From Candidatus Cloacimonadales bacterium (lineage in GTDB: Bacteria; Cloacimonadota; Cloacimonadia; Cloacimonadales; JAFGVF01): DNA of 64,000 nt. Position numbers and translations under genes: made by a program. The DNA is taken from assembly GCA_963663475.2 (NCBI GenBank), contig CAXXJV010000001.1, positions 640,001-704,000 of the forward strand, in the 5' to 3' direction. Numbering within the stretch: position 1 is the first letter of the stretch; each line of letters opens with the position of its first letter. The notes under the pieces are model-generated. The model had not been told where the DNA came from, searched no databases, and saw only the letters and a program-made list of their open reading frames with translations. Below, piece after piece: positions 10,351-21,224 of the stretch.

Positions 10351-12186
10351 TTACCTCTTTTTGTAATACTTCTTTAAATAAACTAAAAGTGATGAAACAT
10401 CAGTGAAATTAACACCTGGGATACGTGACATTTGCCCTATGTTGTTAGGTTTAATCTTATTAAGTTTTTCTCTAGCTTCGTAGGCAATAGACTCTATTTC
10501 CATAAAATCTATATCTTGGGGGATTAGCTGATTTTGAACATTTTCAAACTTGTTTATATCAGCTAATTGTCTTTTTAAATAGCCTTCATACTTACATTCT
10601 AAAGAGACCCTTTCTGCTACATCAGGAGGAATACTTTCAGAAAACTTAAAGCCAAACCGACTTAAATCTGCAAAAGAAATATCTGGTCTTTTAAGTAACT
10701 TTATAAACTTAATCGGCTCTTTAAGACCTTCTATTGCTAAACAATTAGTATTTTCTAACTTATTAATAATTCTCTGTTTGAGGTCTTGATTATGAGAAAA
10801 CTTCTGCCAACGTTGGTCTGAAACAAGACCTAGCTTATAACCTAAAGGCATAAGTCTTTCATCTGCATTATCCTGGCGTAAGAAGAGTCTATACTCTGCT
10901 CGAGAAGTGAACATTCTATAAGGTTCATTGGTACCCTTGGTAACTAAGTCATCCAAAAGAACGCCAATATAAGATTTTGATCTATCAAAGTGCAGAGGGT
11001 CTTGATTATTTAAAGAAAGAACTGCATTAATACCTGCAGCAATACCTTGAGCTCCTGCTTCTTCATAGCCTGATGTTCCATTAATCTGACCTGCTAAGTA
11101 AAGTCCTGAAATACTCTTAGTCTCCATTGAAGATTTTATATCACTTGGGATTACATAATCATATTCAATAGCGTAAGCATAGCGAATAAGCTTGGCTTTT
11201 TCTAGGCCTGAAATTGAATGAATTAGTTGGATTTGCACATCTGGAGGTAATGAATTACTAACTCCATTAACATAGGCTTCATAAGTATCTCTTCCTTCGG
11301 GTTCAATAAAGACGTGGTGCTGATTTTTATCAGAGAACTTAACTATTTTATCTTCGATAGAAGGGCAATATCTTGGTCCAACACCTGAAATTTTACCACC
11401 ATAGAGGGCAGAACGTTGGAGATTATTTTCAATAATTTCATGACTTCTCGGATTAGTATGTGTTAACCAACAATCCACAAGATTCTTAACTTTTACATCT
11501 CGATAGAAGGAAAAGCCAGAAGGATTTTCATCACCAGGTTGAACTTCTAGTTTAGAATAATCAATAGTTCTTAAATCAATTCTGGCAGGTGTACCTGTTT
11601 TAAATCTAGCTAAATTTAAGCCTAGGTCTCTCAAGGAGGCAGATAAGTCATTAGCTGCAGGTTCTCCAGATCTTCCTCCTGGATATACCTTGTGGCCTAT
11701 ATGAATGGCTCCTTTTAAGAAGGTACCGTTAGCTAAAATTACCTTGGGAGCGTAATATTTATAACCTATTTGGGATAAGACCCCTATTACATTTTTCTGA
11801 GAATCTACTAAAACTTCTGAAATTGTATCCTCAATTATCTGTAAATTAGTTTGCTCTTCTAAGTGTTGTCTCATTATCTTAGAATATAAGTCTCTATCAT
11901 TTTGAGAACGGGGAGCCCAGACAGCTGGACCTTTCTTTTTATTAAGCATTCTAAATTGAATACCACTCAAATCAGCAACATAACCTAACTCACCCCCAAG
12001 AGCATCAATTTCTCTTGCCAGATGCCCTTTAGCTGGTCCACCCACAGAGGGATTACAGGACATTCTCCCGATGCTTTCTAATTTTATCACAAAGATGGCA
12101 GTGTTAGCCCCCATCCTAGCAGAAGCTAAAGCAGCTTCAACTCCTGCATGACCTGCTCCAACTACTATTACATCAAAATTATTCAT
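10351..12186 (-). CDS. mnmG: tRNA uridine 5-carboxymethylaminomethyl modification enzyme
   Basis: GAGHAG, MSCNPSVGG.AKG, GPRYCPSIEDK, AGQINGTSGYEEA, EPYRMFTSRAEYRL. Confidence 0.98.
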   Translation of the reverse strand: MNNFDVIVVGAGHAGVEAALASARMGANTAIFVIKLESIGRMSCNPSVGGPAKGHLAREIDALGGELGYVADLSGIQFRMLNKKKGPAVWAPRSQNDRDLYSKIMRQHLEEQTNLQIIEDTISEVLVDSQKNVIGVLSQIGYKYYAPKVILANGTFLKGAIHIGHKVYPGGRSGEPAANDLSASLRDLGLNLARFKTGTPARIDLRTIDYSKLEVQPGDENPSGFSFYRDVKVKNLVDCWLTHTNPRSHEIIENNLQRSALYGGKISGVGPRYCPSIEDKIVKFSDKNQHHVFIEPEGRDTYEAYVNGVSNSLPPDVQIQLIHSISGLEKAKLIRYAYAIEYDYVIPSDIKSSMETKSISGLYLAGQINGTSGYEEAGAQGIAAGINAVLSLNNQDPLHFDRSKSYIGVLLDDLVTKGTNEPYRMFTSRAEYRLFLRQDNADERLMPLGYKLGLVSDQRWQKFSHNQDLKQRIINKLENTNCLAIEGLKEPIKFIKLLKRPDISFADLSRFGFKFSESIPPDVAERVSLECKYEGYLKRQLADINKFENVQNQLIPQDIDFMEIESIAYEAREKLNKIKPNNIGQMSRIPGVNFTDVSSLLVYLKKYYKKR

Positions 12187-12195
12187 TTTTATCCT

Positions 12196-12804
12196 TTAAA
12201 AAAGTAGTTTTTCTATCCACTTTGTTACTTGATCTATACCGACCTTCTTGATTGAGGAAAAAGGAATTACTTGAACATCACTTAAGTCAAACTCTTTTTT
12301 AATTCTAGTGATTTCTTTTGGTATAGTTGTCTTTTTAATCTTATCGCACTTTGTTGCTACAAAACAAAAGGGAATTCCTGATTCAAGTAAAAGATCTTTC
12401 ATTAAAATATCTTTAGGATCTGCTTTTCTTCTAATATCTACTAAGAGGGCAATTCCTTTTAACTGATATCTTTCAGCAAAATAAGTCGAAATCATCTTAC
12501 GCCAAGAATCCCTTTCCTCTAAGGATACCTTAGCAAAGCCATAACCAGGTAAATCACAGATAGTAAAAAAACCGGATTCCTGACTATCATCAAATTTTAC
12601 CCTAATATTGAAGGTATTTAACAACCTTGTTTTTCCTGGCTTACCAGAAGTTTTTGCTAATAGTTTTCTATTAGTTATTGTATTGATGAGAGTTGATTTA
12701 CCGACATTAGATCTGCCTGCAAAAGCAATCTCTCCAAAGACTGTTTCTGGATAGTCCTTAGGATAAACTGCACTTTTTACAAATTGGGATTCTACTATAC
12801 GCAT
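12196..12804 (-). CDS. engB: Ribosome biogenesis GTP-binding protein YihA/YsxC
   Basis: GRSNVGKST, PGKTR, DLPGYG, TKCDK. Confidence 0.97.
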   Translation of the reverse strand: MRIVESQFVKSAVYPKDYPETVFGEIAFAGRSNVGKSTLINTITNRKLLAKTSGKPGKTRLLNTFNIRVKFDDSQESGFFTICDLPGYGFAKVSLEERDSWRKMISTYFAERYQLKGIALLVDIRRKADPKDILMKDLLLESGIPFCFVATKCDKIKKTTIPKEITRIKKEFDLSDVQVIPFSSIKKVGIDQVTKWIEKLLF

Positions 12805-12806
12805 AA

Positions 12807-13175
12807 TTATTCAGAATAGATTAATGATGACTTTTCTGATTCCCATACTTCAACTTCATAAACTCTACATCCCTCGATATCAACCATACTAGCAAGTTTT
12901 TGATAAAGATATTTTGCGATATTTTCTGAAGTAGGGTTTAATTCTGTAAAGGGTTCAATAGTATTTAAATGTTTGTGATCTAGTTCTTCCATTAGACTAT
13001 CCAACCATTTTTTTGCAAGAGTAAAGTCAACAGCCATTCCTAATTCATCTACTTTTTCACAAGCCAAACAAATCCTAACCTTCCAGTTGTGTCCATGAAT
13101 ATTCTTACACAATCCTGGATACTCTCTGAGATTATGAGCAGCAGAAAAGTGGGAAGTTACATTTATTTTATACAT
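12807..13175 (-). CDS. queD: 6-carboxytetrahydropterin synthase
   Basis: FSAAH, C..IHGHNW, LDHK.LN, NPTSENIA, VWES. Confidence 0.95.
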   Translation of the reverse strand: MYKINVTSHFSAAHNLREYPGLCKNIHGHNWKVRICLACEKVDELGMAVDFTLAKKWLDSLMEELDHKHLNTIEPFTELNPTSENIAKYLYQKLASMVDIEGCRVYEVEVWESEKSSLIYSE

Positions 13176-13412
13176 TTTTATCTTCTCCTTAAGTTATATA
13201 TAATTATAAATTACAAGATACTAAACAAGGCTCATGTGTCAATAAAAAGATTAGTATTATTCAAGTAAGGCTAATTAGCAAAAGTAGCTTTATTTAGTAT
13301 TTTTATTATTGTAATTTTTACACGATGCAAACATTAACAGAATTATAAACAGATATTTATGAAATTTTACTTTACATTTTTATAGGCCTTTCAATAATTA
13401 GTATAATAAGGA

Positions 13413-15764
13413 TTGTATACCATGACGAAAAATAATATTCCTCAAGAAAATATTAAAATTTTATTGCAAAAGGCCCAAGAGATTATCAACATCTCTCCAG
13501 ATTTAAGTCTGAAATATGCTCTATTAGCTCAAGAAAGAGCTTCTTCAGGAGAAAAGCAGGCTTATTATGGTATTTTTAATAAAATTCTTGGTGAATGTTA
13601 TTTACTTTTAAATGAGTTGAAGTTAGCTCAGGAATATATAAGCAAGGCAAAAGATTACTATTATCAGAGAAGTGAATTGCTTCCTAAATTAGAAATCAAT
13701 TCCCTTATGGCTAAATACTTCATAAAGACAGGTGATATTGACAGGGCAGTTGAAATATATCATGAAATGCTACTAACTTCAACAACCTTAAAGTTCTCTA
13801 AAGGTACAGTAATGGCCTTGCTAGAGATGGCAACTATGTATATTCAAGTTAGAGAATACAGGTTAGCTTATGACCTTTTATCTTCAATAACTTATGATGA
13901 TTTAGCAGATACTTCTAGGGAGATGAAGTTAAAAGTCTTTAATAATAAAGTCTTAGCATCAATAAAATGCAATATAACAAGCGGGTTAAAGGTTTTATTA
14001 AAGAAATCACTGAATTTAGCTAAGGAGGTTGCAGATAAGGCTTATTTAAAGACTTGTTATGAGAATTACTACTTATATTATAAATTAAGCAATAATATTC
14101 CCTTAGCCTTTGATTTTTTAGAAAAGACCTATGATCTTAATAATGAATTAACGTTAAAAAACTCTCAAAGTGAAATAGCTAAGATACTTAATCAGTATGA
14201 AATTGATAAAAAAGAGCAAGTAATCAGTCAAATTGAAGATAAGCGACTAGCCTTAGAAGAGGCTAATAAAATTATCAGAAAGCAAAAACTATTCTTAGAG
14301 ACTATTTTAGATACTATCCCCAATGCGATCTATTATAAAGATTTATCAGGAAACTATTTAGGTTATAATAAAAAATGGATTGATCTATTCGTAGGTAAAT
14401 CAAAACGTTATAAAATCACCAATCTTTATGATGTTCTGCCTAAAGAGCAAGCTGATATTTTAACTAAAGATGATGAAATTTTATTATATCAGAAAAGACA
14501 GACCAAGAATGAATACAAGATTCCTTTAGCAGATAAAAAAGAGCATTCTTTAGTAATTTATAAGGATGTATTCAGGGATGAAAGAGGAGCAATTGATGGT
14601 ATTATCGGAGTTGTAAATGATGTTACTGAGTATAAAAATACCTACTTAGAAGCTTCTAGAAACAATAGTTTTCTCAATGCAATTTTTGATTATGCCCCTA
14701 TAGGCATTTGCATTTTTGCTGATGATGGCAAAATAGAGAAGGCCAACAATTATTTGAAAGAAATTCTTTTACAGTATGCAGATGCTGATTTTGAAAATAT
14801 TTTAGATTTTGTTTTAGATGAAGATAGAGATGAAATAGCAAATTCACTAGCTAAATCTTTATTAAACAACAATACCAATACTACAGAATTAAGGCTTCAA
14901 GCTCAGAATGGTATGATTATTTATGCTGAAATATCTTACTCGCCGGTGATCAGTCCTAATACCCATAAATCAATGAATCTAGCTATTATTAAAGACATAA
15001 CAGACAGGAAGATATATAATGAAACCCTTCTCAGATCTGAGAGAAAACTTAGAGATGCAAACTATGCGAAGGATAGATTTTTCTCCATAATTGCCCACGA
15101 TCTAAGAGGTCCCATAGGTAACTATCGAGAAGTTTTCAAACTTTTATCAACCAAGAGAGAGATTTTTAGCGAGCAAGAAAAAGCTAATTTGATGGGTGAA
15201 CTTTATAAATCAGCAGACCATACATTTACTTTATTAGAAAATTTACTACAATGGACAAGAAGTCAGAAGAATGAGCTTCAGATAATGCCTAACTATTATT
15301 CAATTTTTGAGATAGCAACTAACACTATTAATACTCTTTCAGCTTTAGTAGAAAGTAAGAAATTAACCATTGAAAATGATGTTAAACTTGAACATACAGG
15401 TTATTTTGATATAAATATGATTTCAACAGTACTTAGAAATTTGCTTTCGAATGCTATTAAATTTTCTCACAGAAACTCAAAGATATTAATTACTTCTGCC
15501 ATTGATAATGACTTATTATCTGTGACAGTAAAAGATTTTGGAGTTGGAATTCCAGCAAAGAAATTAGAAACGCTTTTCGACCCCAAAGAGATGTCTTCAA
15601 CTTTAGGAACAGCTAAAGAGAAGGGAACAGGTTTAGGTTTAGTCCTTTGCAAGAACTTTGTCGAACTGAATCATGGAAGTATCTGGGTTCAAAGCAAAGA
15701 AAATGAAGGAACAAGCTTCACCTTTACTTTACCACTGGAAAATTCACTACAAGAGAACCACTAA
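13413..15764 (+). CDS. Cytoplasmic sensor histidine kinase (TPR-like, two PAS domains, HisKA/HATPase); ATG at 13422 is a likely start
   Basis: H-box IAHDLRGP, N-box NLLSNAIKF, DFGVGI, GTGLGL; PAS motifs ending DVTE and DITDRK; no TM helix. Confidence 0.9.
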   Translation: MYTMTKNNIPQENIKILLQKAQEIINISPDLSLKYALLAQERASSGEKQAYYGIFNKILGECYLLLNELKLAQEYISKAKDYYYQRSELLPKLEINSLMAKYFIKTGDIDRAVEIYHEMLLTSTTLKFSKGTVMALLEMATMYIQVREYRLAYDLLSSITYDDLADTSREMKLKVFNNKVLASIKCNITSGLKVLLKKSLNLAKEVADKAYLKTCYENYYLYYKLSNNIPLAFDFLEKTYDLNNELTLKNSQSEIAKILNQYEIDKKEQVISQIEDKRLALEEANKIIRKQKLFLETILDTIPNAIYYKDLSGNYLGYNKKWIDLFVGKSKRYKITNLYDVLPKEQADILTKDDEILLYQKRQTKNEYKIPLADKKEHSLVIYKDVFRDERGAIDGIIGVVNDVTEYKNTYLEASRNNSFLNAIFDYAPIGICIFADDGKIEKANNYLKEILLQYADADFENILDFVLDEDRDEIANSLAKSLLNNNTNTTELRLQAQNGMIIYAEISYSPVISPNTHKSMNLAIIKDITDRKIYNETLLRSERKLRDANYAKDRFFSIIAHDLRGPIGNYREVFKLLSTKREIFSEQEKANLMGELYKSADHTFTLLENLLQWTRSQKNELQIMPNYYSIFEIATNTINTLSALVESKKLTIENDVKLEHTGYFDINMISTVLRNLLSNAIKFSHRNSKILITSAIDNDLLSVTVKDFGVGIPAKKLETLFDPKEMSSTLGTAKEKGTGLGLVLCKNFVELNHGSIWVQSKENEGTSFTFTLPLENSLQENH

Positions 15765-15792
15765 TAAAGCAAAAAGTGAGAAATAGAAAAAA

Positions 15793-16764
15793 ATGAAAAT
15801 TTTATTAATCAGATTTTCTTCTCTAGGAGATATAGTCCTAACTCAACCATTAATTGCTCAATTAAAAGAGTCCTATCCTAGGGCAGAGATTCACTACTTA
15901 ACAAAAACAGCTTTCGCCCCTTTAGTTGAAAGTTATTTTTCTGTTGATAAAGTCTTAACAGACTACCAGTCGCTTAGGGGACTCTTGTCTATTAAAAAAA
16001 ATAAGTATGATTTAGTCATTGATCTTCATAACAAGTTTAATTCTTGGCTAGCCAAAACAATTATTCATGGTAAAAAGTCTTTTACCTACAATAAGCAAAG
16101 AAGACTAAGAAAAAAAATAGTAGCTCATAAAACTAACCAAAGCATAAAAACTACTCTTGATCTTTATAATTCTGTTTTTAGAAAGATGAAGCTTGCTTAT
16201 ACTTTTAGGCAACCTTGTTTAAAAACTCCATCAGCAAGCTCTAAACTCCTTCCTCGAGGTGAGAAATATAAAGTTATGATTTTCCCTGGAGCTACTCATA
16301 ACACAAAGAGAATACCCTGTCATAAATTGATTTCCTTTATAAATAATTATGACCATGACCAGACCTCTTTTTATCTGATGGGGTCTAAAGATGAAAAGAA
16401 TATAACTAGCAAAATTAAAGAGAAAAGTAAGAAGGAAACTTTTGATTTAGCAGGTGACTTTAATTTAGTTCAACTTGTGGCAGCTATAAGTGAAGCTGAC
16501 ATTGTGCTAAGTAATGATTCTGGTCCTATGCACATAGCAGCAGCTTTAGGTAAGGCTCAAATAGCCTTTTTTGGCTCTACTAATCTTTCCTTAGGTTTTG
16601 GTCCTCTTAACAAGCAAGCAAGAGTCTTAACCTATCCGATAGAGTGTTCACCTTGTAGTTTACATGGAGGCAAAGAGTGTCCGCTAGGTCACTTCTCTTG
16701 TATGCAAAACATCTCTGTTGAAGCAATTTATGCTAATTATATTGAGTTATTAAAACTGGTGTAA
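15793..16764 (+). CDS. GT9 LPS heptosyltransferase (WaaF-like)
   Basis: IRFSSLGDIVL, SNDSGPMHIAAA, CSPC..C..C. Confidence 0.9.
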   Translation: MKILLIRFSSLGDIVLTQPLIAQLKESYPRAEIHYLTKTAFAPLVESYFSVDKVLTDYQSLRGLLSIKKNKYDLVIDLHNKFNSWLAKTIIHGKKSFTYNKQRRLRKKIVAHKTNQSIKTTLDLYNSVFRKMKLAYTFRQPCLKTPSASSKLLPRGEKYKVMIFPGATHNTKRIPCHKLISFINNYDHDQTSFYLMGSKDEKNITSKIKEKSKKETFDLAGDFNLVQLVAAISEADIVLSNDSGPMHIAAALGKAQIAFFGSTNLSLGFGPLNKQARVLTYPIECSPCSLHGGKECPLGHFSCMQNISVEAIYANYIELLKLV

Positions 16765-16777
16765 TTAAGGAAAAGAA

Positions 16778-17665
16778 ATGACATCAAGTTTAATAACAGG
16801 TTTGCTTGCCTTTGTTTTATGGGGATTATTTCCAATTTATTGGCGAGCCTTACAGGCTGTACCTGCTCCTGAAATCTTAGCCTACAGAATAGTAGGATCA
16901 TTATTCTTTGTGATTTTTCTCTTAGCTGTAATGAAGAAATGGACCTGGATAAAAGAGTTGACTTACAAGAAACTAGCTTTTTATGGGTTGACTTCTATTT
17001 TCATCTCCATCAATTGGTTAGTCTATATTTGGGCAGTCAATAATGATCAAGTTGTTGAGGCAAGTCTAGGTTATTATATCAATCCCTTAACTAATGTTCT
17101 TTTAGGAACCATTTTTTTACAAGAAAAGCTTAGACCTATGCAAAAGCTTGCTATTTTTATTGCCCTGATAGGTGTAGCCTTTCTAACCTATAAATATGGT
17201 AAACTACCTTGGGTTTCTCTAATCTTAGCTATCTCCTTTGCAGTTTATGGTCTTCTCAAAAAGAAATCAGACTTAGGCGGAATAGAATCTTTTTCCTTAG
17301 AATCATTAATCTTATCTCTTCCTGCTTTTATCTTTATCATCTTTCTCTTCAATCAAGGCAATAGTTCTTGGGGTAAGCTTGGACTAGTTTCAGACCTTTT
17401 ATTACTAGGAGCAGGAACTGCCACAGCTTTACCGCTTGTCCTCTTTAACTTAGCAGCTAAGAAATTAACTCTAACTAGCTTAGGAATGCTACAATATATT
17501 GCTCCTACTCTTCAGCTTTTAATAGGTCTCTTAGTTTTTAAGGAAACCTTTCCTATGGATAAGTTAATAGGTTTTGTAATTATTTGGCTAGCCTTAATTA
17601 TTTATACTAGCGAATTAGTGTATTATAATAATCAAAATCAAAAAAAACTACCTATTAAGGAGTGA
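16778..17665 (+). CDS. rarD: EamA-family permease RarD
   Basis: WGLFPIYW, NWLVYIWAV, EASLGYYINPL, QYIAPTLQ. Confidence 0.92.
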   Translation: MTSSLITGLLAFVLWGLFPIYWRALQAVPAPEILAYRIVGSLFFVIFLLAVMKKWTWIKELTYKKLAFYGLTSIFISINWLVYIWAVNNDQVVEASLGYYINPLTNVLLGTIFLQEKLRPMQKLAIFIALIGVAFLTYKYGKLPWVSLILAISFAVYGLLKKKSDLGGIESFSLESLILSLPAFIFIIFLFNQGNSSWGKLGLVSDLLLLGAGTATALPLVLFNLAAKKLTLTSLGMLQYIAPTLQLLIGLLVFKETFPMDKLIGFVIIWLALIIYTSELVYYNNQNQKKLPIKE

Positions 17666-18590
17666 TTAAGATTTTCTGACTATTCTTGAAGTGTAACTTA
17701 GCAATATTCTCGAAAACATCTTGACCTAAGTCTGCAAGAATTTTCTTACCTGCTACAATAGTTGCATCCCCACCACCCTTGGGTAACTTATGTCCATACT
17801 CTTTTGAATAATAGTCTATACCAGCATTAAATTTTGCTCTTGCTAGTATTGAAGCTGTTGCAACTGCCATATCTCTTTCGCCTTTATGGGCCTGTAAAAT
17901 ATCACAATTATCTATTTTCTCGGAATTTAAGTAATATTCGACTAGGCCTTGTTTGGTAAATCTATCTACAAAAATGCCCTGAGGATTAAACTTCCTTGCT
18001 AAAGTGGCAATTACTTTGGAATGACACCAGGCTAAGAGGTGGTTAAGATTCTTCTTACTTTGGGTGAAATTGTAGTATAATTCATTATATTTTTTAGGAG
18101 TTAAAGTTATTAATTGATAACGGTTAGGAAACCTCTCCCTAATCTTCTCTGCAATAATATTTATCTGTTTGTCTTGTAGAAGTTTACTATCTCTTACTCC
18201 CATTCTTTCTAGACTGATAATATCCTGACTCTGGCAATAAAAAGCAGCTACAACTAGAGGTCCGTAATAATCTCCTTTACCTGATTCGTCGCTACCTATC
18301 CATTTATCCCAAGTATGGAGACTTTCTAATAAGTTTAAAGAGTTATCTCCTTCAACCTGAATAACAAGCTCATTTAAAATTCTGTTCAGCTGACTTTCTT
18401 TAGTTGAAACTACAAAAGAAATCTTATTCTTCTTGCTACTATAATAGATATTAATCTTACTTGTTTCCTCTTGCCACACATACTCTAACTGCAATCCATA
18501 GGCAATTTCTTTCTGACTTATTAGTGTCAAATTTTGCCTTAGCGCTCTACTTTTAAATAGGCTTACTTTATCAGTAAATTCTTGCTTCAT
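17655..18590 (-). CDS. rnhC: Ribonuclease HIII
   Basis: IGSDESGKGDYYGPL, VRDSKLL, YNELY, VATASILAR, AKLHF; N-terminal extension. Confidence 0.9.
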   Translation of the reverse strand: MKQEFTDKVSLFKSRALRQNLTLISQKEIAYGLQLEYVWQEETSKINIYYSSKKNKISFVVSTKESQLNRILNELVIQVEGDNSLNLLESLHTWDKWIGSDESGKGDYYGPLVVAAFYCQSQDIISLERMGVRDSKLLQDKQINIIAEKIRERFPNRYQLITLTPKKYNELYYNFTQSKKNLNHLLAWCHSKVIATLARKFNPQGIFVDRFTKQGLVEYYLNSEKIDNCDILQAHKGERDMAVATASILARAKFNAGIDYYSKEYGHKLPKGGGDATIVAGKKILADLGQDVFENIAKLHFKNSQKILITP

Positions 18591-18744
18591 ATTATTTCCT
18601 CTATGATTAAGTTTTTCAGCTAGAAGATTATGTCAATATTTATCACATGGACTTCATAAGATATTAAATTAAGTTTAGTTTTTCTCTACAAATAATTTGA
18701 CTAATATATTCATTCCTATTATCTTGTATTGTAGGAGTGTGAAT

Positions 18745-19185
18745 ATGAAAAAAGATATTTTTTCTCAATTAAAAACCATTGAAGATGGTATGAATAATTT
18801 GCTAGGAGCAATGTCTTCACTAACTCATAGTAAGTACACTTTTCAGGATAATTATGATGAAGTGTGGACACCTAACTGTGATGTCTATATATCGAACTCT
18901 ATATTGAATATAGTTATCGAATTAGCTGGTGTCGAGAAAGATTCAATTGAATTAGTTTTTAATGATTCTTACCTCTTACTTAGGGGTAACAGAGATTTTG
19001 GAGTCCCTTGCAGTGATGTTTGTTTTTATCATATGGAAATAGAAACTGGTGCTTTTGAAAGAGCAATTTATTTTCCTGATGTTCAATTAGATAAAAATAA
19101 CCCACTTGTGAAATTCGAAAATGGTATTTTAAAAATTCAATTTGCTTTAAGTGAGGAGAAAGAATCTATTATAGAAGTTGAGTAA
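18745..19185 (+). CDS. Hsp20/alpha-crystallin family protein
   Basis: WTP.CDVY, ELAGV, MEI..G.FER, ENGIL; AGGAG RBS before ATG 18745 (ORF track starts at 18697). Confidence 0.85.
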   Translation: MKKDIFSQLKTIEDGMNNLLGAMSSLTHSKYTFQDNYDEVWTPNCDVYISNSILNIVIELAGVEKDSIELVFNDSYLLLRGNRDFGVPCSDVCFYHMEIETGAFERAIYFPDVQLDKNNPLVKFENGILKIQFALSEEKESIIEVE

Positions 19186-19436
19186 AATATTATAGTAGAC
19201 CTTTGTGAAGAGTTTGGACAAAAATATAGCGACTTTAATAAGATTTCTAAATTACCTAGATCTAGCTTAGTGTCTGAAACAATTCATGAATGGTGGGTTT
19301 ATCAACAGTCTGCTTATAGAGGCTATCTGGTAAAGATAAATGCTTGAAATATAGCTTTCTTTTTTAGATTTAATATGATTTAAAGATTGACAAGCTAGTC
19401 TTTTATAAAATCCTTGAACTCAAGGAGTTTAATTTT

Positions 19437-20591
19437 ATGATTTTACCAGATTTTGATAATAGTTTGCTTAATTTAACAGCATCAATTTCTTTGGCCTATG
19501 GATGTAGTCCTATTTATAAGCCTCTAGCAAAGCTATCATTAGAGGAATTAAAGAGTAAGAAAAATGTAATTTTAATGGTTATAGATGGTTTGGGCTATAA
19601 CTTTTTTAAGGAAAATGTAAGTAATCAATTACTAATTAATGGGGATTTAGGAGCAATTACTTCTGTATTCCCCTCAACAACCGCAGTTGCGATAACCTCC
19701 ATTTTAACAGGTAAATCACCTCATGAGCATGCCCTAACAGGCTGGTTTGTCTATTTAAAAGAATTAGGATCTGTATCGAAAATCTTGCCTTTAGCACCAA
19801 GATACTCTGATACAGTTTATTTTAACAATGATGAAGAATCAAATGATGTATACGGCTTTGATTCTTTAATAGATAATTTTAAAGTAGATAGTCATTTTAT
19901 TCACTTAAACAAGTATCAAAATGATGCTTACCAAAAATTACTCAGAGGCAAATCCCACTTTCATGGCTTTGATAATATATCTGAAATAGCCACTCAAGTT
20001 AATAAGGTAGTAAATTCTACAGAATCTTCCAAGAAGTTTATCTATACCTATTGGAATGGTTTAGATGCTATTTCCCATAATTATGGCTATAATTCTCCAG
20101 AAGCTTGCCAGCATTTTACCCAGATTCAGGAACAAATAGTAGAAGTTGCCCAGACAATTAATACTCAAGACACAGCCTTAATCGTTACAGCAGATCACGG
20201 GTTCATTAATGTACCAGATGAGCATAAGCTTAGGGTTAAAGACATTCCAGGCTTAAGAGAATGCTTAGTTTTACCCCTTATGGGAGAGCCACGTTCACCT
20301 TATTGTTATCTTAGGTCTGGTAAAGAAAAACAATTTATTGACATCTGGGAAAAACACCTATCTGCATATTCGCAACTTTTTCATATTGACGAATTATTAG
20401 AAAAACAAGTTTTTGGTCTTAATGATAGACATAATAAGTTTTCTGATCGAGTAGGCGACTATGTAATAGTGATGAATGACTCTTATGTCTTAATCGATAA
20501 TGTTTTATTAGAGAAGGAAATGAATTTAGTTGGATATCATGGTGGTTTAACCCAGAATGAAATGCTAGTCCCACTAATTTACATAGGATAA
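19437..20591 (+). CDS. Alkaline phosphatase superfamily nucleotide pyrophosphatase/phosphodiesterase
   Basis: IDGLG, SVFPSTT, LD..SH..G, TADHG, HGGL...EM.VP. Confidence 0.9.
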   Translation: MILPDFDNSLLNLTASISLAYGCSPIYKPLAKLSLEELKSKKNVILMVIDGLGYNFFKENVSNQLLINGDLGAITSVFPSTTAVAITSILTGKSPHEHALTGWFVYLKELGSVSKILPLAPRYSDTVYFNNDEESNDVYGFDSLIDNFKVDSHFIHLNKYQNDAYQKLLRGKSHFHGFDNISEIATQVNKVVNSTESSKKFIYTYWNGLDAISHNYGYNSPEACQHFTQIQEQIVEVAQTINTQDTALIVTADHGFINVPDEHKLRVKDIPGLRECLVLPLMGEPRSPYCYLRSGKEKQFIDIWEKHLSAYSQLFHIDELLEKQVFGLNDRHNKFSDRVGDYVIVMNDSYVLIDNVLLEKEMNLVGYHGGLTQNEMLVPLIYIG

Positions 20592-20593
20592 AT

Positions 20594-21070
20594 ATGAAAA
20601 AAATTTTTTTGTTAATAATTTTACTAAGTCTTCTCTTGGCATGTAAAGAGAAGACTAATGAACTTGCCACAGATCAAGCTGAATCAGAAAAAGACTCCTT
20701 AAGTCAAACTAGGGAGGAAGTAGATTTCTCAAACTCTCAAATGGTAATTAATCCTGAAACTGGTGATACTATTTATGTAGATTTTGGGATTAAGTATGAG
20801 GAGGGGATAGAGCATAAGAAATATGAGAAATACTTTATTATTTCTACCTATACATCCTATACAAAAGATAGTAAATTGCAAGTTGAACTTAGCAAATGGA
20901 AAGAATTAGAAGTTGATGCTTATCTAGAAGATGTTAAAATCGGACAAGCTAGTAAGTACTTTATTTCCATAGGTAAATTTGCTGATCAAGAACAAGCAAT
21001 GGAAAAACTTGAAGCTTTCAAGAAAAAATATCCAACTGCCAGAATACATATTCAATCTATTACTCAATAA
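20594..21070 (+). CDS. Lipoprotein with C-terminal SPOR-like domain
   Basis: Lipobox LLAC; Y.I.IGKF.D...A motif. Confidence 0.6.
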   Translation: MKKIFLLIILLSLLLACKEKTNELATDQAESEKDSLSQTREEVDFSNSQMVINPETGDTIYVDFGIKYEEGIEHKKYEKYFIISTYTSYTKDSKLQVELSKWKELEVDAYLEDVKIGQASKYFISIGKFADQEQAMEKLEAFKKKYPTARIHIQSITQ

Positions 21071-21224
21071 GGCTTTTAACCAACGATTTTTAAGAAATAT
21101 TTTAGCAGTTTACCCCCTAAAATTAGTAGATAAAATAACTTTTTAGATTAATGGATAATAAATTGCATTAACTATATGTTAGAGAGTGATTATAAAAAAT
21201 GATATAAAGAAATGAGGAGAAAAA

